Shown piece after piece: positions 23,440 to 35,496 of a stretch of 64,000 nucleotides of DNA (positions are counted from its first letter, which is position 1; the number at the start of each line of letters is the position of its first letter). A program made the translations under genes and the position numbers. The notes under the pieces were generated by a model. It was not told the DNA's origin and made no database searches. It was given only the letters and a program-made list of their open reading frames with translations. The stretch covers positions 348,874,001-348,938,000 of the forward strand of contig NC_091469.1 of NCBI RefSeq assembly GCF_036971445.1. Direction: 5' to 3'. The DNA is from Narcine bancroftii (Eukaryota).

Positions 23440-23655
23440 GTCCACTCAGTCTAATAGCCTGAATATGCCTGAGATTGTCTGAACTCAAAAGCTAAGCAGG
23501 CTCAGGGCTGGTCAGTATTTGGAGGGGAGACCACGACAGAGAACATCAGGTACTGTAGGTTTCTGTGACGGGCGCTGGACAAATTGGGGACTCTCTGTTT
23601 GCCTTATGGTGGACAAAAGTTAAGGAATCTCATGTCTGTTAAATTCTAAATTTAT
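23440..23655 (+). mobile_element. 5S rRNA-derived SINE (SINE3-like) or 5S pseudogene with non-rRNA tail
   Basis: 23440-23562 aligns by eye to vertebrate 5S rRNA (agcctgaa...gtctgaactc...aagctaagcagg...ggtcagtatttggaggggagacc...ggtactgtaggttt) and keeps A-box and C-box remnants. About 90 bp of unrelated tail follows. Confidence 0.75.
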
Positions 23656-23698
23656 TTTATCATAGGGTATGTGGATTTGTTGATCCTTGATACTAATA

Positions 23699-24030
23699 CA
23701 GTAAAATCCCTGTTATATGGCATTCGATCAACTGGAAACTCAATCGGAAACACCTCACAGAAATAAATAAATAAACACATTTTAAAATAAATAAGAATAA
23801 ATAAAGTTTTAAATAGAAGTTTAAAATTGTAAAAGCAAATGTTCTCTGAATTAACACACCATCCTTTGGGAGCAAATATTCAGCCAGTGGAGCACCCCAA
23901 TTGTGCCCTGAATAAAATAAAATAGAGGCATCCAGGATGAAGAGCTGGCCGATGCCGCTTGCCCGTAGGATGACTCTCCCAAAGTATCTGCCTATCCCTA
24001 CCCAGAAACACTCTTTATCTTTATTAGTAT
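23699..24030. mobile_element. Tigger-like DNA transposon left end
   Basis: TA followed by cagtaaaatccctgttat, the same TIR type as 5636-5848. Right end not identified. Confidence 0.5.
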
Positions 24031-24268
24031 TGTGGTGGCATACATAATTGTAACCGAGAACCGGCCCTGTGGTCTGCCGGGAAGCCACAGCAAAGATGGC
24101 GTCGTGCGTCCTTCTCTTCTGGAGCAGAGTAGAAGTGCATGACGTGAGTTCCGGGATGCGATGGGTGGGCTCTGGATGGCTTTAAAGGCTGAAACGTGAA
24201 CTTCAAAGTAAATCAGTTGTGCTTGCCTGCTGTCTCAGTTCTTTCGCTGTGCTCACGCACATGCTACA
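24031..24268 (+). mobile_element. Gypsy-type solo LTR
   Basis: TGTGG...CTACA termini, 4-bp TSD GTAT (24027-24030 / 24269-24272), internal TATA-like tttaaa. Confidence 0.85.
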
Positions 24269-24829
24269 GTATGTTATTGAGTATATTAGTAAAGCTTTCT
24301 GTAAAATTGAGGGAGGTAGCTAATTGTGACAGTGGCACAGTTAACGTAGTGGTTAGCACAACCCTTTTGCAGTGCCAGCGACCAGGGTTTGAATTTAAAT
24401 GCAGGTGTAATAGGCATTGCAAGAGTGAGCCTCGGTCAATCGAAAAATTTGCATTTCCAGCATTTGCAATCCCCATAGGTGCAGGATAATGGGGATCTAC
24501 CATATCACATTTGGTTACATTTTAGGCAGTGATCTCATAATCATTTGTTGTATTATTGCACACTCATACTTCTTTTGACAACGTATCAATAGCTTGATTT
24601 ATTTTTCATCTCATGTTATTTGGGCTGGTTCCACACAGGTTTAATATCAAGAATCTTCATGATGATCACATTGGAAAATATATTCCTTGTTTAAATCACT
24701 TTTAAAGCTTATAAGTCCTGCTGTGTAACCAAGAGGCTCTTTCATCAACTTGAGCATAATCCATTTCTGATAAACAGAAACAGTTTAATAGTTATTGGTC
24801 TCTGTTCTGTGACATTGAGTTGCAATTAT

Positions 24830-25050
24830 TTTAACAGCAAGGTAGATGCCGATTCAGACCATTTGACCCATGCCACCTAATTATACCCAAATTATGCTAC
24901 AACCATATATATTTTGGACGATGGGAGGAAACTGAAGCACCCAGGGAAACCCACACAGACACAGGGAGAACATATAAGCTCCTTTCAGACAGCACTGGAT
25001 TTAAACCCACGTCACTGCCACTGTAATAGCATGGTGTTAACCATACCAGT
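24830..25050 (-). mobile_element. tRNA-derived V-SINE/HE1-like SINE
   Basis: tgggaggaaactgaagcacccagggaaacccacacagacacaggga is the reverse complement of the central domain of the SINE at 51352-51620. Confidence 0.75.
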
Positions 25051-25279
25051 TTGCTGGCATTGTTTCATGATATTGGCTTTTACTTGTTGCTCCATATTTA
25101 TAACCCATTCTGTTATTATAACCTTTTTTTAACCACAGATGCAGTTATGAAAGGAAAACATTTACTAGAAAATGTATTAATTTATTTTCCCATATATAGT
25201 CATTGTTTCATTAAAAGGTATTTTCCTTCTATCTACTTTCCCTGCACTCATGTGCATTTTAATTTATCATTGAGGACCT

Positions 25280-25880
25280 CTCAAAGATATCAACCTCTGG
25301 TGCTCCCTTTGTGGCCTTCTCTACATTGGAGAGACCGGTCACAAATTGGGAGATGACTTTGCTCAGCACTTCTGCTCCCTCTGCTACCTCCCAGAGACCT
25401 CCCAGTACATTTCAATTCTGAGTCATTTTCAGATGTCTGTCCATGGCCCTAATTACCATGACCACTTGGAGATTGGAGGAACAACACCTTATTTTTCATC
25501 TGGGCACTCTCCAGCCACATAGCATTAACAACTACTCTGCTTTCTGCTAACCTGTTTGCCTTTTTTCCCCTCCCCTTTCCAGTTTTTCCAGTTTCTCCCC
25601 TTCCTTCCCCCTCCACCCACCCAGCCATCTGCCCTCCCCCTGATCACTGCTGTTCCACTTTCCCTTCTCTACCTATTATCTCCTGCCTTTGCCCTCCCTT
25701 CCCCACCCCTCCCTTTTGTTCAGACACCTGCCGACATTCTTCCATACCTTGATGAAGGGCTCAAATCCCGAAACATCAGTTATATATCTTTACCTTTGGT
25801 ACATAAAGGACATTGCTTGACCAGCTGAATTTCTCCAGCATTTTGTTTTTACTTCAATGACGGAGTCTACAGATTTACTT
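25280..25880 (+). mobile_element. Penelope 3' remnant with pLTR
   Basis: tgtggccttctctacattggagagacc (CGLLYIGET, GIY-YIG YIG motif), EEQHLIFHLG, pyrimidine tract, hammerhead-like pLTR at 25745-25782. Confidence 0.85.
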
Positions 25881-25904
25881 TCATCTTCCATCCTATCTTA
25901 TTTT

Positions 25905-26300
25905 TTTCATTTCCAGAATTTGGACATCATTAGACATCTTCCATCCCTAATTACTCTTAAGGTAGTGATGATGGATTGCCTTCTTAAGCCATTGTCATTC
26001 TTCTGTTGAAGATACTCATAAAGTGCTGTTAGTTTAAACCCAATGGCAATAAAGGAGGCAATATATTTTCAGGTCAGAATAGTGCATGACTAAGAGAAGA
26101 CCTCGCAGGTGGTCATTGTTGAGGTGTCATTGGTTGTTCAGGTTGCACATGTGGATAGTGCTCTTAGAGTTTCCTGGGTGAGTAAATATTGTCTATAACT
26201 TTGTCCTGTACACAGCTGGTAGAAGAATTAAATGTTTTAGGTGATCAATAGGATGCCATACAAACAGACTCCTTTGTCCAGGATAGTGTTGAACTTCTTT
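25905..26300 (-). mobile_element. Old CR1/L2-type LINE 3' remnant
   Basis: catccctaattactcttaaggtagtgatgatggattgccttcttaagcc resembles the ancient shark/amniote CR1 3' end. Similar remnants at ~14500-14620, 40560-40620 and 59200-59435. Confidence 0.5.
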
Positions 26301-27599
26301 AAAGTTGGTCTGATTTACATCAATAACTCTGAGGCAAGAAATGTATGCTTAGAAATGTAGCATCCCTGGCTTTAGGTGGATCACCTGCATTGAGCCATGA
26401 GAATGACTGTTTTCATTAGAAATTCAGAAAACATATTTTTCTGATAATGAAACAGATGTCCAAATTTCACCATTATACTCTTTAGTTTCAACATGTGTTG
26501 AATTATATGGTCTGGGAATAGCCTCGATTCCATCACCCGCACACCAAATCAATGAGTTTACCTGTCTAATTTTCATTCTATTTGTTAGATATGATGCAAG
26601 GATATAAGATTTTCTTATATTTTTCTCATTTTTCAGGATTGCAAAAATTAAATGTCACTCGTGGTCCTGTGGCATCAGCAACTTCTGTTGTATTTACCTT
26701 TGCTTGACAATTTACTCACATTTCTTGCAATTTTCCAACCATATTTCACTTGTAGCTCATCTAACATAAACTTTTAACTTAATTCTGGTGTGATTTTTTT
26801 TCTGCTCACCACTTTGGAGGAACAGTGTCTGTTTTATCTTTCATTGCATACAATCTAATTTCCTGCAGGTTGTCAGAATTTCAGTATCTGCATATTAATT
26901 TGCAGATGTCAACAAAACAGGAAATGACTGAGTTTATTTTGAAGGGAAACCAATCAGACACAGAACAAGAAACACCATGGATCATAGAAATACAAATTTG
27001 AACTGATGGATTGCACATCATAACACAAGTTCTTGCATAAACAGAAAGATTTATTGCACAGAGCATATCATATCTGCTGCTTGACAGGAACTTTTGCCAA
27101 AAGAGCAACATTTTCTTTAAAAAAAAGAATTGTTACAATAATAGTTATCTGCTTGCTAAAGGAGATGGCATGGCTCTCTACATCTGTGCCTCACTGGAGT
27201 TTTCTACAGGGAAGGATATGTATCTTTATACGGCAGTATTTTATGTGTTATGTGGGGAAACTGTCAGTATTCACTGTAATACTTTACAACTGAAGACAAC
27301 TTCTGAAGTACTGCATGCACAGTTAAGCAAGGAAATTGAAAAGTCACTGACACAGGGTGCACTGATTTGCAACCACTGTCAGAAATGATAGCTGTTTTTG
27401 GCACATCATGAACTGTTAAAAACTGTTAATCCTCCAAGTTAAGTTTTGTTGATTGAGGATGATGACACTAATGTTGCCTGTATTCTGGAATCCTCAAGAA
27501 AGATTCAACTACAACTGTTGTGGCAAGATCTTAAAATCAATCTTGAGGAGATCAAACTTAGTCATGCTTTTTTTTTAATCTCATAAAATTTGAATTCAC

Positions 27600-29324
27600 T
27601 GAAGTAGACTGATTGAATTAAATGTCTGGGTATAATTTTGAATGTTAATTATGAATCTTTATATAAATTAAATTATGCTCCGTTAATGAAAAAAATTAAA
27701 ACTGATTTAATTAAATGGAAAGATTTACCTATTAATTTAATGGGAAGGATAAATACAATTAAGATGAATATCTTTCCGCAAATACAATGTTTGTTTCAAT
27801 TTATTCCGTATTTACTTGATAATTTTTTTTTCGAGATTTAAATAAAATGATTGGGGAGTTTTTATGGAGGGGTAAATTTTTGAGAATAGCTTTGAATAAA
27901 TTAGCTTGCAAATATGAGTTCGAGGGACTACGTTTACCACATTTTCAAAATTATTATGGACAGCCCAACTTAAATTTATTAGTTCATTAATGGATTTGGT
28001 ACGGCCTCCTAGTTGGGCTAAAATTGAGATGGCAAGTATTTCTGAATTTGAAATACATCAATTTTTATTTAGGTGGAATATAAATTTGTTACAACAATAT
28101 AATTTGCCTATACTAAAACATTTAATGAAGTTATGGATAAAGAAAAATAAAATGATAGGTTCTAGGGGTAAATTATTGGCTTTGACTCCATTGTATAATA
28201 ATCAACTTATTTCTTTTTCAATACATAATCAAAGTTTATTGCATTGGAGGTTTAAAGGTGTGAAAAATTTGGGAGATTGTCTTAAAGAGGGTAAGTTTTT
28301 ATCTTTTAATCAGATGAGGGAAGATTTTGGTATTGATAAGAATTCTTTATTTCTTTATTATCAAATTCGATCTTTGGTAAAATGTATATTTGGTAGAGAT
28401 ATGATTTTACCTAAAATGACTAAATTTGAGACTTCTCTTATGAAGGTACCAGAGAAGGGTTATATTTCATTTATGTATCAAATATTACAGGATGGTATGG
28501 ATAAAAAGGTTTGGGATAGATCTAAAATTAAATGGGAAGCAGATATTGGTTTTACTTTTTCTGAAGAGGATTGTTAAATACCTGTTATGATTGTGTAACT
28601 AGATTGATAAATGCATGTTATGCATGATTAATTACAATTTTTTGCATCAATTATATTTGACACCTGTAAAATGTTTAAAAATATGGTTTTAATGAATCAA
28701 ATTTGTGTTTTAGATGTGGTGATACAGTTGGAACTTTTTCATGCTCTTTGGTTATGTATACATATACAATCTTTTTGGAAGAAAATTCAATTGTTTTTAG
28801 AATATCTGTATAAGATTAAAATAGTTTTAGATCCAACAGTATTTTTATTGGGTAGTTTGCAACCTCTGAAAGGCTTGGAATTAGACAAGTTTCAGCTTGC
28901 TTTTGTATATTTAGCTTTATCTGTAGCAAAAAAATGTATTGCTAGTACATGGAAAGATTCAAATATGATTGATATTAATAGATGATATAATGAGATGAAA
29001 TATTGTTTAATAATGGAAAAAATTGCATATGTTTCGCATGATAATTTAATTTTTTTTATTAATAGCTGGCTGTTACACTCGAAATACTTACATTTCAATT
29101 TATATTGATTAGATTTTAATATGTATATTTAACTTTTATTATATTATTTCTTTTTTTCTTTTTTTATGGCTCTCCTAAGCAGAATTGGCTGAAGGTGGGT
29201 GTTGGTGGTTCTTTTCTTTTCTTTTTTTTTATATATATATTTTAAAAATGTTCATGTTCATGTTTAATTGTTAGATATGTCATATATTATTTGTTTTTGA
29301 ATGAATAAATAAAGTTTAAAAAAA
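27600..29324 (+). mobile_element. 5'-truncated L1/Tx1-type LINE (ORF2 C-terminal third, 3' UTR, poly-A)
   Basis: ORF2 motifs LPINLMGRINTIKMNIFP, PPSWAKIE, ALSVAKKCIASTWK; AATAAA plus A-tail. 17-bp TSD ataaaatttgaattcac (27583-27599) / ataaagtttgaattcac (29325-29341). Confidence 0.92.
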
Positions 29325-30429
29325 ATAAAGTTTGAATTCACCGTACACATAATTAATTACTTTTATGGGTAATTTTTGTGGCTTACCTTCAGATGAATAC
29401 CACATTTGCAACAATGGGTCTTGGTTAACTGTTTCTTCAAAATATAACTTAAATTATCTATATTTTTCAAAATTCAGTCATTCGAAATAGGTCCAATCCC
29501 ATCCATTTTGGATAATCGGAGTTGTACTGTATTACATGTTCTGTACTATTGAATGACAATGAAGTAACATTCAGTGATTGCCAGCGATAAAGTATTTTGT
29601 ATTCCAATCTATTTTGTGTGGAAACATTTCTGTTACTATCAACCGTTGCAATTTTCCCACATGGCTACATCTTTAAATTCCTGTTACTAACTTAATAATG
29701 AATCATAATACCTATTTTCAAAGAAGTCCTCATAATCTTGTGTGTTTCTTTCCAATCACCTTTTGACATTCTTCCCTTCAATGAACAACCTTGATGATAT
29801 TTAAGAATGAATCACTTATAATATTTCATTTACAAATGACATTCCATAGCAAAAATATGGAATGTATTTTGAAACTATATCCATCATGGATGTTATATAT
29901 TTCTTAATTTTATTTTGACTGATCCTTGATAAAATCCAGATTATAATTTACCTTTTTTTTTTATAATGTCTTTCACCTGCTGTGTTGGTTTTAAAAGACT
30001 GTCCTAATGCTCATGAATATAATGATTTTATGAGAACATTTGTTATTTTTAGTAAAATAAAATGGGCATAAAATGTAGATATCAAAAATTATAAACTACA
30101 GTATTCTGAAGTTGGAAGAGAAACTGTAAGGCATAGATACAGAGAGGATTAAGTTTTCAAATCCATGAGCTTGTTCAAACTTTCAATGTGTTACAGGTAC
30201 TTATATTTCTCTGTTCAAACTCCAACAATCTAACCATTTGGGCTGAATCTCCATCCATGCCTCTGGCTAGAAAAATCTGATCATGTTTAAATTGCCATCT
30301 GCAAATGTATTTTATTTTTCATTGCAATCGTATAGTTTGTAATTCTGTGTATGAATTTTAAAAATAGCCTACTAGACTCTTTACAGAAGAATCTGTCTCA
30401 CAGTACTGAGTGTTTAGTGACAAAATAAA

Positions 30430-31075
30430 CATCAAGTCAAGACAAATCGAGTTTATTATCATCCGAATGAACAAGAGCAATCTGATGAAACAGCAATCTC
30501 CAGATCTGGGTGCAAGACATGCAGACGCAAAAACAGACATAACACACTTACAGGCAAAAAATACATATGCAGAAGTATTCATAAACAAATACCATATATT
30601 TTTGAGTATAAGTCATGAAATCCAACAAATTTCTCAAAAAAAGGGGGATCGACATACACCAGATGTACTTTTGAAACCTTATATTCAATGAAAAAAACTG
30701 ATTGACGCTGGAAGCACCACCCCACTGCTGATGCTGGCGCACCCCACAGCCGTCAAAAGCAACCCAGAAATTCTACAATTGTAAAGTCCAAGGTCGCTGC
30801 TCCTACTTGGGAGCCTGAGGTCACCGTCACCGCTCCTGCCCGGTAAGTGGAGCTTCCTATTCCCACTGGGAGAACGAGGTCACATCTCCTGAGCCTTGGG
30901 CCATCGCTGCTCCTGCCCCATTGGCCGATGTTCCTGCTCCTGCCGGGAGAACAATGTTGCTGCTCCTGCTCCGTGGGCAATCGCTGCTCTTGCCCGGTGG
31001 GCTGAGGTGCCCCCACTCCTGCCAACTCCGGCTGCAGCCAATGCTGCAAATTTGGACCCAGCGCCATCTTCCTGG
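30430..31075 (-). mobile_element. Rex/Babar-tailed non-autonomous element with GC-rich internal repeats
   Basis: Minus-strand 3' end aataaactcgatttgtcttgacttgat, of the same type as 59738-60090, plus a gctcctgcc-repeat block at 30790-31050. Whether the two parts are one element is uncertain. Confidence 0.45.
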
Positions 31076-31194
31076 CAAGAAGCTTAGGTTTCTTTTACTG
31101 TTTTATTTTACTTAGTTGCTTAATTTACAGCTTTGTTACTTGGTGATTGGAGTATTGTAAAAACTTTGGGTTGTTGCTGGGAGGCCAGACAGCC

Positions 31195-31307
31195 TGAAAA
31201 TTGGGAGTAGATTTATACACCAGATATACCATAAAACCCATAAAAAGAGGCTCAAAAAGTGGGGTAGACTTGTACACCGGTCAACTTAAATGCTGAAATA
31301 TACAGTA
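31195..31307. mobile_element. Tigger-like MITE right end
   Basis: gggtagacttgtacaccggtcaacttaaatgctgaaatatacagta resembles a Tigger/pogo terminal sequence. Confidence 0.45.
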
Positions 31308-32030
31308 AATAAATAATTATTGTTTTGGAAATATGAGAGTCCCGGATAGTTCCTTTGGCCGTTCAGCATTCACACTTCCCAAATTAAATTTAAACCAAAC
31401 TAGTAACTATGTAAACTCAAGAAATTGTCTTACACCCTCCTCCCAGATTTTGTGTGATTGCCTTTATCCAACATCCTTTTGGAGTCTGATTTTAAGGATT
31501 AAAATATAAACTAGTATTCATAAATTAAAACAGATGTGCAGTTCAATAAAAAAATAAATACAAAATAGAAATTGTTGATATAATCCACTTAGTATTAATA
31601 TTCAAGTGATTTATGCATTATAAAGCCATGAAAATATTAGGTGTTTTATGCATAACTATTTTCTTAGTACCTTATGTCCTTACAAAGTATTTGCATCAAT
31701 GTCTTGGATTGCCTGCTGAATAAATATTTTTTTTAAGATCACTGGGGGCCAGGCCACCAAACCAGTTTTATTTGCAGCCAGTTCTGCAGTCCAGACTTCC
31801 ACTAGATGGGCACAGCATATTTGACACATATAACACCCACTTTTTTTCCCCAAAATGTGGCTCAAAAATGTCCCCCACTTCTTATATGCAAAGTTGAAAT
31901 TAGGGTGATAATGGTGAGTAATGCCAGCAGTGATCACCATTGCTGTGTGGCTCACTAGCATCACTGCTATCTATCATTGAGGGCTGGTGGCGGACTGTCG
32001 GTTCCTGCACTTGTTATTGTGTTGAGAAAG

Positions 32031-33070
32031 TGTCAGGTTTGAGAGAAACAAGTCTGGACACAAAGGTTTGCAATCAAACATAACTTTTATTAAAACACAA
32101 AAAGTAATAGAAGAGCATGGAAAAATCATAGTGGAAATAAAACACACACATAATTTATAAAAGAGCATGGGAAAAGATGTGCACAATTTATAAAGGAGCG
32201 TGGGAAAATGGTAACCAGGAATAAACAGAGGAGAACGTTAAACAGTAAACAATTACTAATTTACACAGGTGATGCAGACATTCATACACTATTAGCAGGG
32301 GTTTTACACACCCTCGTGGACCCCTAATTGTTGGGAGGTGGCTCTAGTACCATTGTACTCTGGGATATACAGACCTCCTGGACCCTTGATTGTTGGGAGA
32401 CAGCACTACTGCAAGTAGTGATCTATTGCAGTGGTTTTCAAACTTTATCTTTCCATCGGTACTCTGTGATTAGTAAGGGATTACTTAAGGTGAGTGGGAA
32501 AATAAAGGTTGAAAATCACTGCTTTAGACCCAATTGTTACTGATATATTTTGCTTGTGAAAAAATTGACATTGGCCCAGTTCCTTTGGAGTTATGAAACT
32601 GTGCACATAATAAGTCAATTAGGGACGATTAAAACAGTGGTTTTCATTTTTTTTTTCTTTCCACTCACATACCACCTTAAGCAATCCTGTACTAATCACT
32701 AAACACCTATAGCATAAGGATTACTTAAAGTAGTATGTAAGTGGAAAGAGATAGTTTGAAAACAACTGATCTATAGCAATTTGATCTATAGCAATACTAT
32801 GGCTCAGCTTCAGTCCAGTGCACACCTTACCCACGACCCTTCCAAGCAGCAACCTGGCATGGAGCAATCACCACAAGAAGGGGGCAATCTTATATGCCCA
32901 TAGGTCTTATATGGCGTAAAAAAAATGTACATATACACATCCTTTCCTGTTTGCCGGATCACACTTTTTACACAGACATAGATTTGGTGCTGTAACTAGC
33001 TCTGCTGCCATCTTAAAGTGAGACTGAAATGACCCCCCCCCCCATTCAATGTTTGTACCTTTTACACAGA
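32031..33070 (-). mobile_element. Possible LTR-like element hosting a hAT MITE
   Basis: tgtca at the left end, minus-strand AATAAA near 32085, TATA-like sequence near 32890 and short internal direct repeats. No convincing TSD. Confidence 0.35.
32429..32768. mobile_element. hAT (Charlie-like) MITE
   Basis: TIRs cagtggttttcaaac ... gtttgaaaacaactg; 8-bp TSD atctattg (32421-32428) / atctatag (32769-32776). Confidence 0.85.
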
Positions 33071-33450
33071 AGGTGTGGTGTAATAAAGGCATAATATTCC
33101 TGCATTGAAATAGCTGTGTAAAAGGATCTTTTGATAAACATGTCCCAGACATCTATGTCTCAATCATTCACAAGCATTCAGAAACAATAGAAAAAAAAAC
33201 ACTGAAAAAAGCAATACATTTTCTGTTCTGATGAAGGGTTATTGGATTGAAACATTGACAATGTTTATCCATCTCCTAAATTGCTGTGTATTTCTGTTTT
33301 TTTTTTGTTTGTTTTGCAATATATGCTGTAAACGGTTAAACATTTGTTTTAAAGAAAGACAAAACAATGAAAACACAGTTTCATTGGACTTTTTTTTAGC
33401 GTAGTTGCTGGAAAAGTAGTAATATTAATGAGGAACCAAATACTGAGAAA

Positions 33451-34340
33451 CAGAATCAGAATCGGAATCAGAATTTATTGTCATGAACAAATCATGAAAT
33501 TTGGTGTCAGGCAGCAGCATCATAGAGCTAACGTTCAAATTATAACCATCTTACGCCATTACTATTAAAAATTGGTAATGGTAGTGCATGAAAAGTAAGG
33601 AAGTGTCTTTGGTTCATTGTTTATTCAGGAATCTGATGGCAGTGAGGAAGAAGCTGTCCTTGTGCTGTTGAGTGCTCGTCTTTAGTCTCCTGCACCTCTT
33701 TCCAGAGTGAAGAGGCCGTGGCCTGCTTGGTGGGTGTCCTTGAGAATAGAGGCTACATTTTTAAGACTCCACCTCATGTAGATGTCCTCGATGGAGTGAA
33801 GTCTGGTGCCTGTGATGTCACAGGCCAAATTAACAACCATCTCGAATTTATTCTTGTCCTGAGAGTTGGTGCTTCCATACCAGGCAGTGATGCAAACAGC
33901 CAGAATGCTCTCCACAGTACACCTGTAGAAGTTTACGAGAGACATCTGTGACATACCGAATCTCCTTAGACATCTCACAAAGCTTCCTATGTGATTGCAT
34001 CAACGTAGAGGCTCAAGGACAGATCCACAGAGATAGATGTTGACACACAGGAATTTTAAATTCTTGAGCCTCCCACAACTGAGCCCTCGATGAGGACTGG
34101 GTCATGTTCTCCTGACTTCCTCCTAAAGTCCACAGTCATGTCCTTGGTTTTGGTGATGTTGAGGGCAAAATTGTTGTCATTACACTATTCAATGAGCTGA
34201 TTTATCTCCCTCCTGTATGCTTCCTCATTGTAATTCTGCCGACAACTGTGGTGTCATCAGCAAACTTGAAGATGGCACTGGAATTGTGCCTGGCCACACA
34301 GTCATGCATGTGGAACAAGTTGAGCTGTGGGCTAAGCATG
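33451..34340 (-). mobile_element. Rex1/Babar-type LINE 3' half
   Basis: ORF 33682-33978 (LRRFGMSQMSLVNFYRCTVESILAVCITAWYG), KFADDTTVV at ~34245-34270, (TTCTGA)n tail at 33451-33475. Same family as 14620-15503. Confidence 0.85.
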
Positions 34341-35329
34341 AATCAGGACTAATCAGGAATCACTCTGCAGATAAAGCGGCCTTTTGTGTTTCGTTAGATC
34401 CCCAATTTTCACAAACACACTGAGGTAATTTCTTTATCTGATTCAGAGCCAAATGTTTTTTGTTGACTCATCTTGTCAATTTATTTCTACGCTCTGCTAA
34501 ATGAAATGTAGCAATGTATATTGCATTCGACTCTGAGCCAAATAAAAAAGATATTAGAACCAGTGACCAAATACCTTATCAGAGAATTAGTTTTAAAGAT
34601 AAAGTGGTGGACAGGCAGACACAATTATGGCAGGACTTTCAGAGTGTAATGAGCCAGCACTTGAAGTCATGATTGCTAATGTTTAACGACATACATAGGA
34701 ATTTGAGTAGCATGGAGAGCTCAGATTAGCACAGTGTAGTTTACAGATTGGGGGGGGGGGGTGCGGGGAGAGGGTTATGAGATGGTTGAGCAAATTGGAA
34801 GAAAATATTCGAGAAAATAGCCATTGGTCAACAGGGAGTCAATATAAATCAGCAAGCATATGTCACTGCCATATTTTAGAATTTTGAATGAGTCCCAACC
34901 TTCAACGATGATGGCACATTATTCTGTTACACATTCCACTACCCAAGCTACCATCATCAACCCCTACCTCAGCAAAATACAATTAGGTAGTAACACATGA
35001 GAACATCTGCCAAAGAACACCTGACAGACTGTCAGCACCTCTAACTTTATTAATATATTATGGTCATAAAATTAATGTGAAACATAGTAAATGAACAAAC
35101 GTTCAATTTAAAAATAAGGGTCTATTAATATAGTCCTCATTAATTAGCATGCACGTCACCTTTAGGAAATGATTTTCACAGAATCTTCTGACAAAAACAC
35201 AGATTATGACATTAACAATTACAAACAATTTGAAAATACTTCTCAACCAACATATTCATGCTTTTAATACCTTTTGCCTGCATTGACTTCACTTACACAG
35301 TCATTAAATAAAACAAATAATACTGTACA

Positions 35330-35496
35330 TATATTTTGTATCAATATAATATATGCATATCTAGAGAATATACATATACATATTTATCTACATATTTCAG
35401 TCTATCTATATACAGTATATATGTATCTATCTATCTAGATACATTATGGAAGGCATTGTATGTATGTATCTATCTATCTAGATGCATACATATGTA
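35330..35496. repeat. (TA)/(TATC)-rich low-complexity repeat
   Basis: Directly visible. Confidence 0.8.

Noticed and set aside
23440-23562. Functional 5S rRNA gene
   Set aside because: Many substitutions, a degraded 5' end, no tandem array and only a T3 run at the end.
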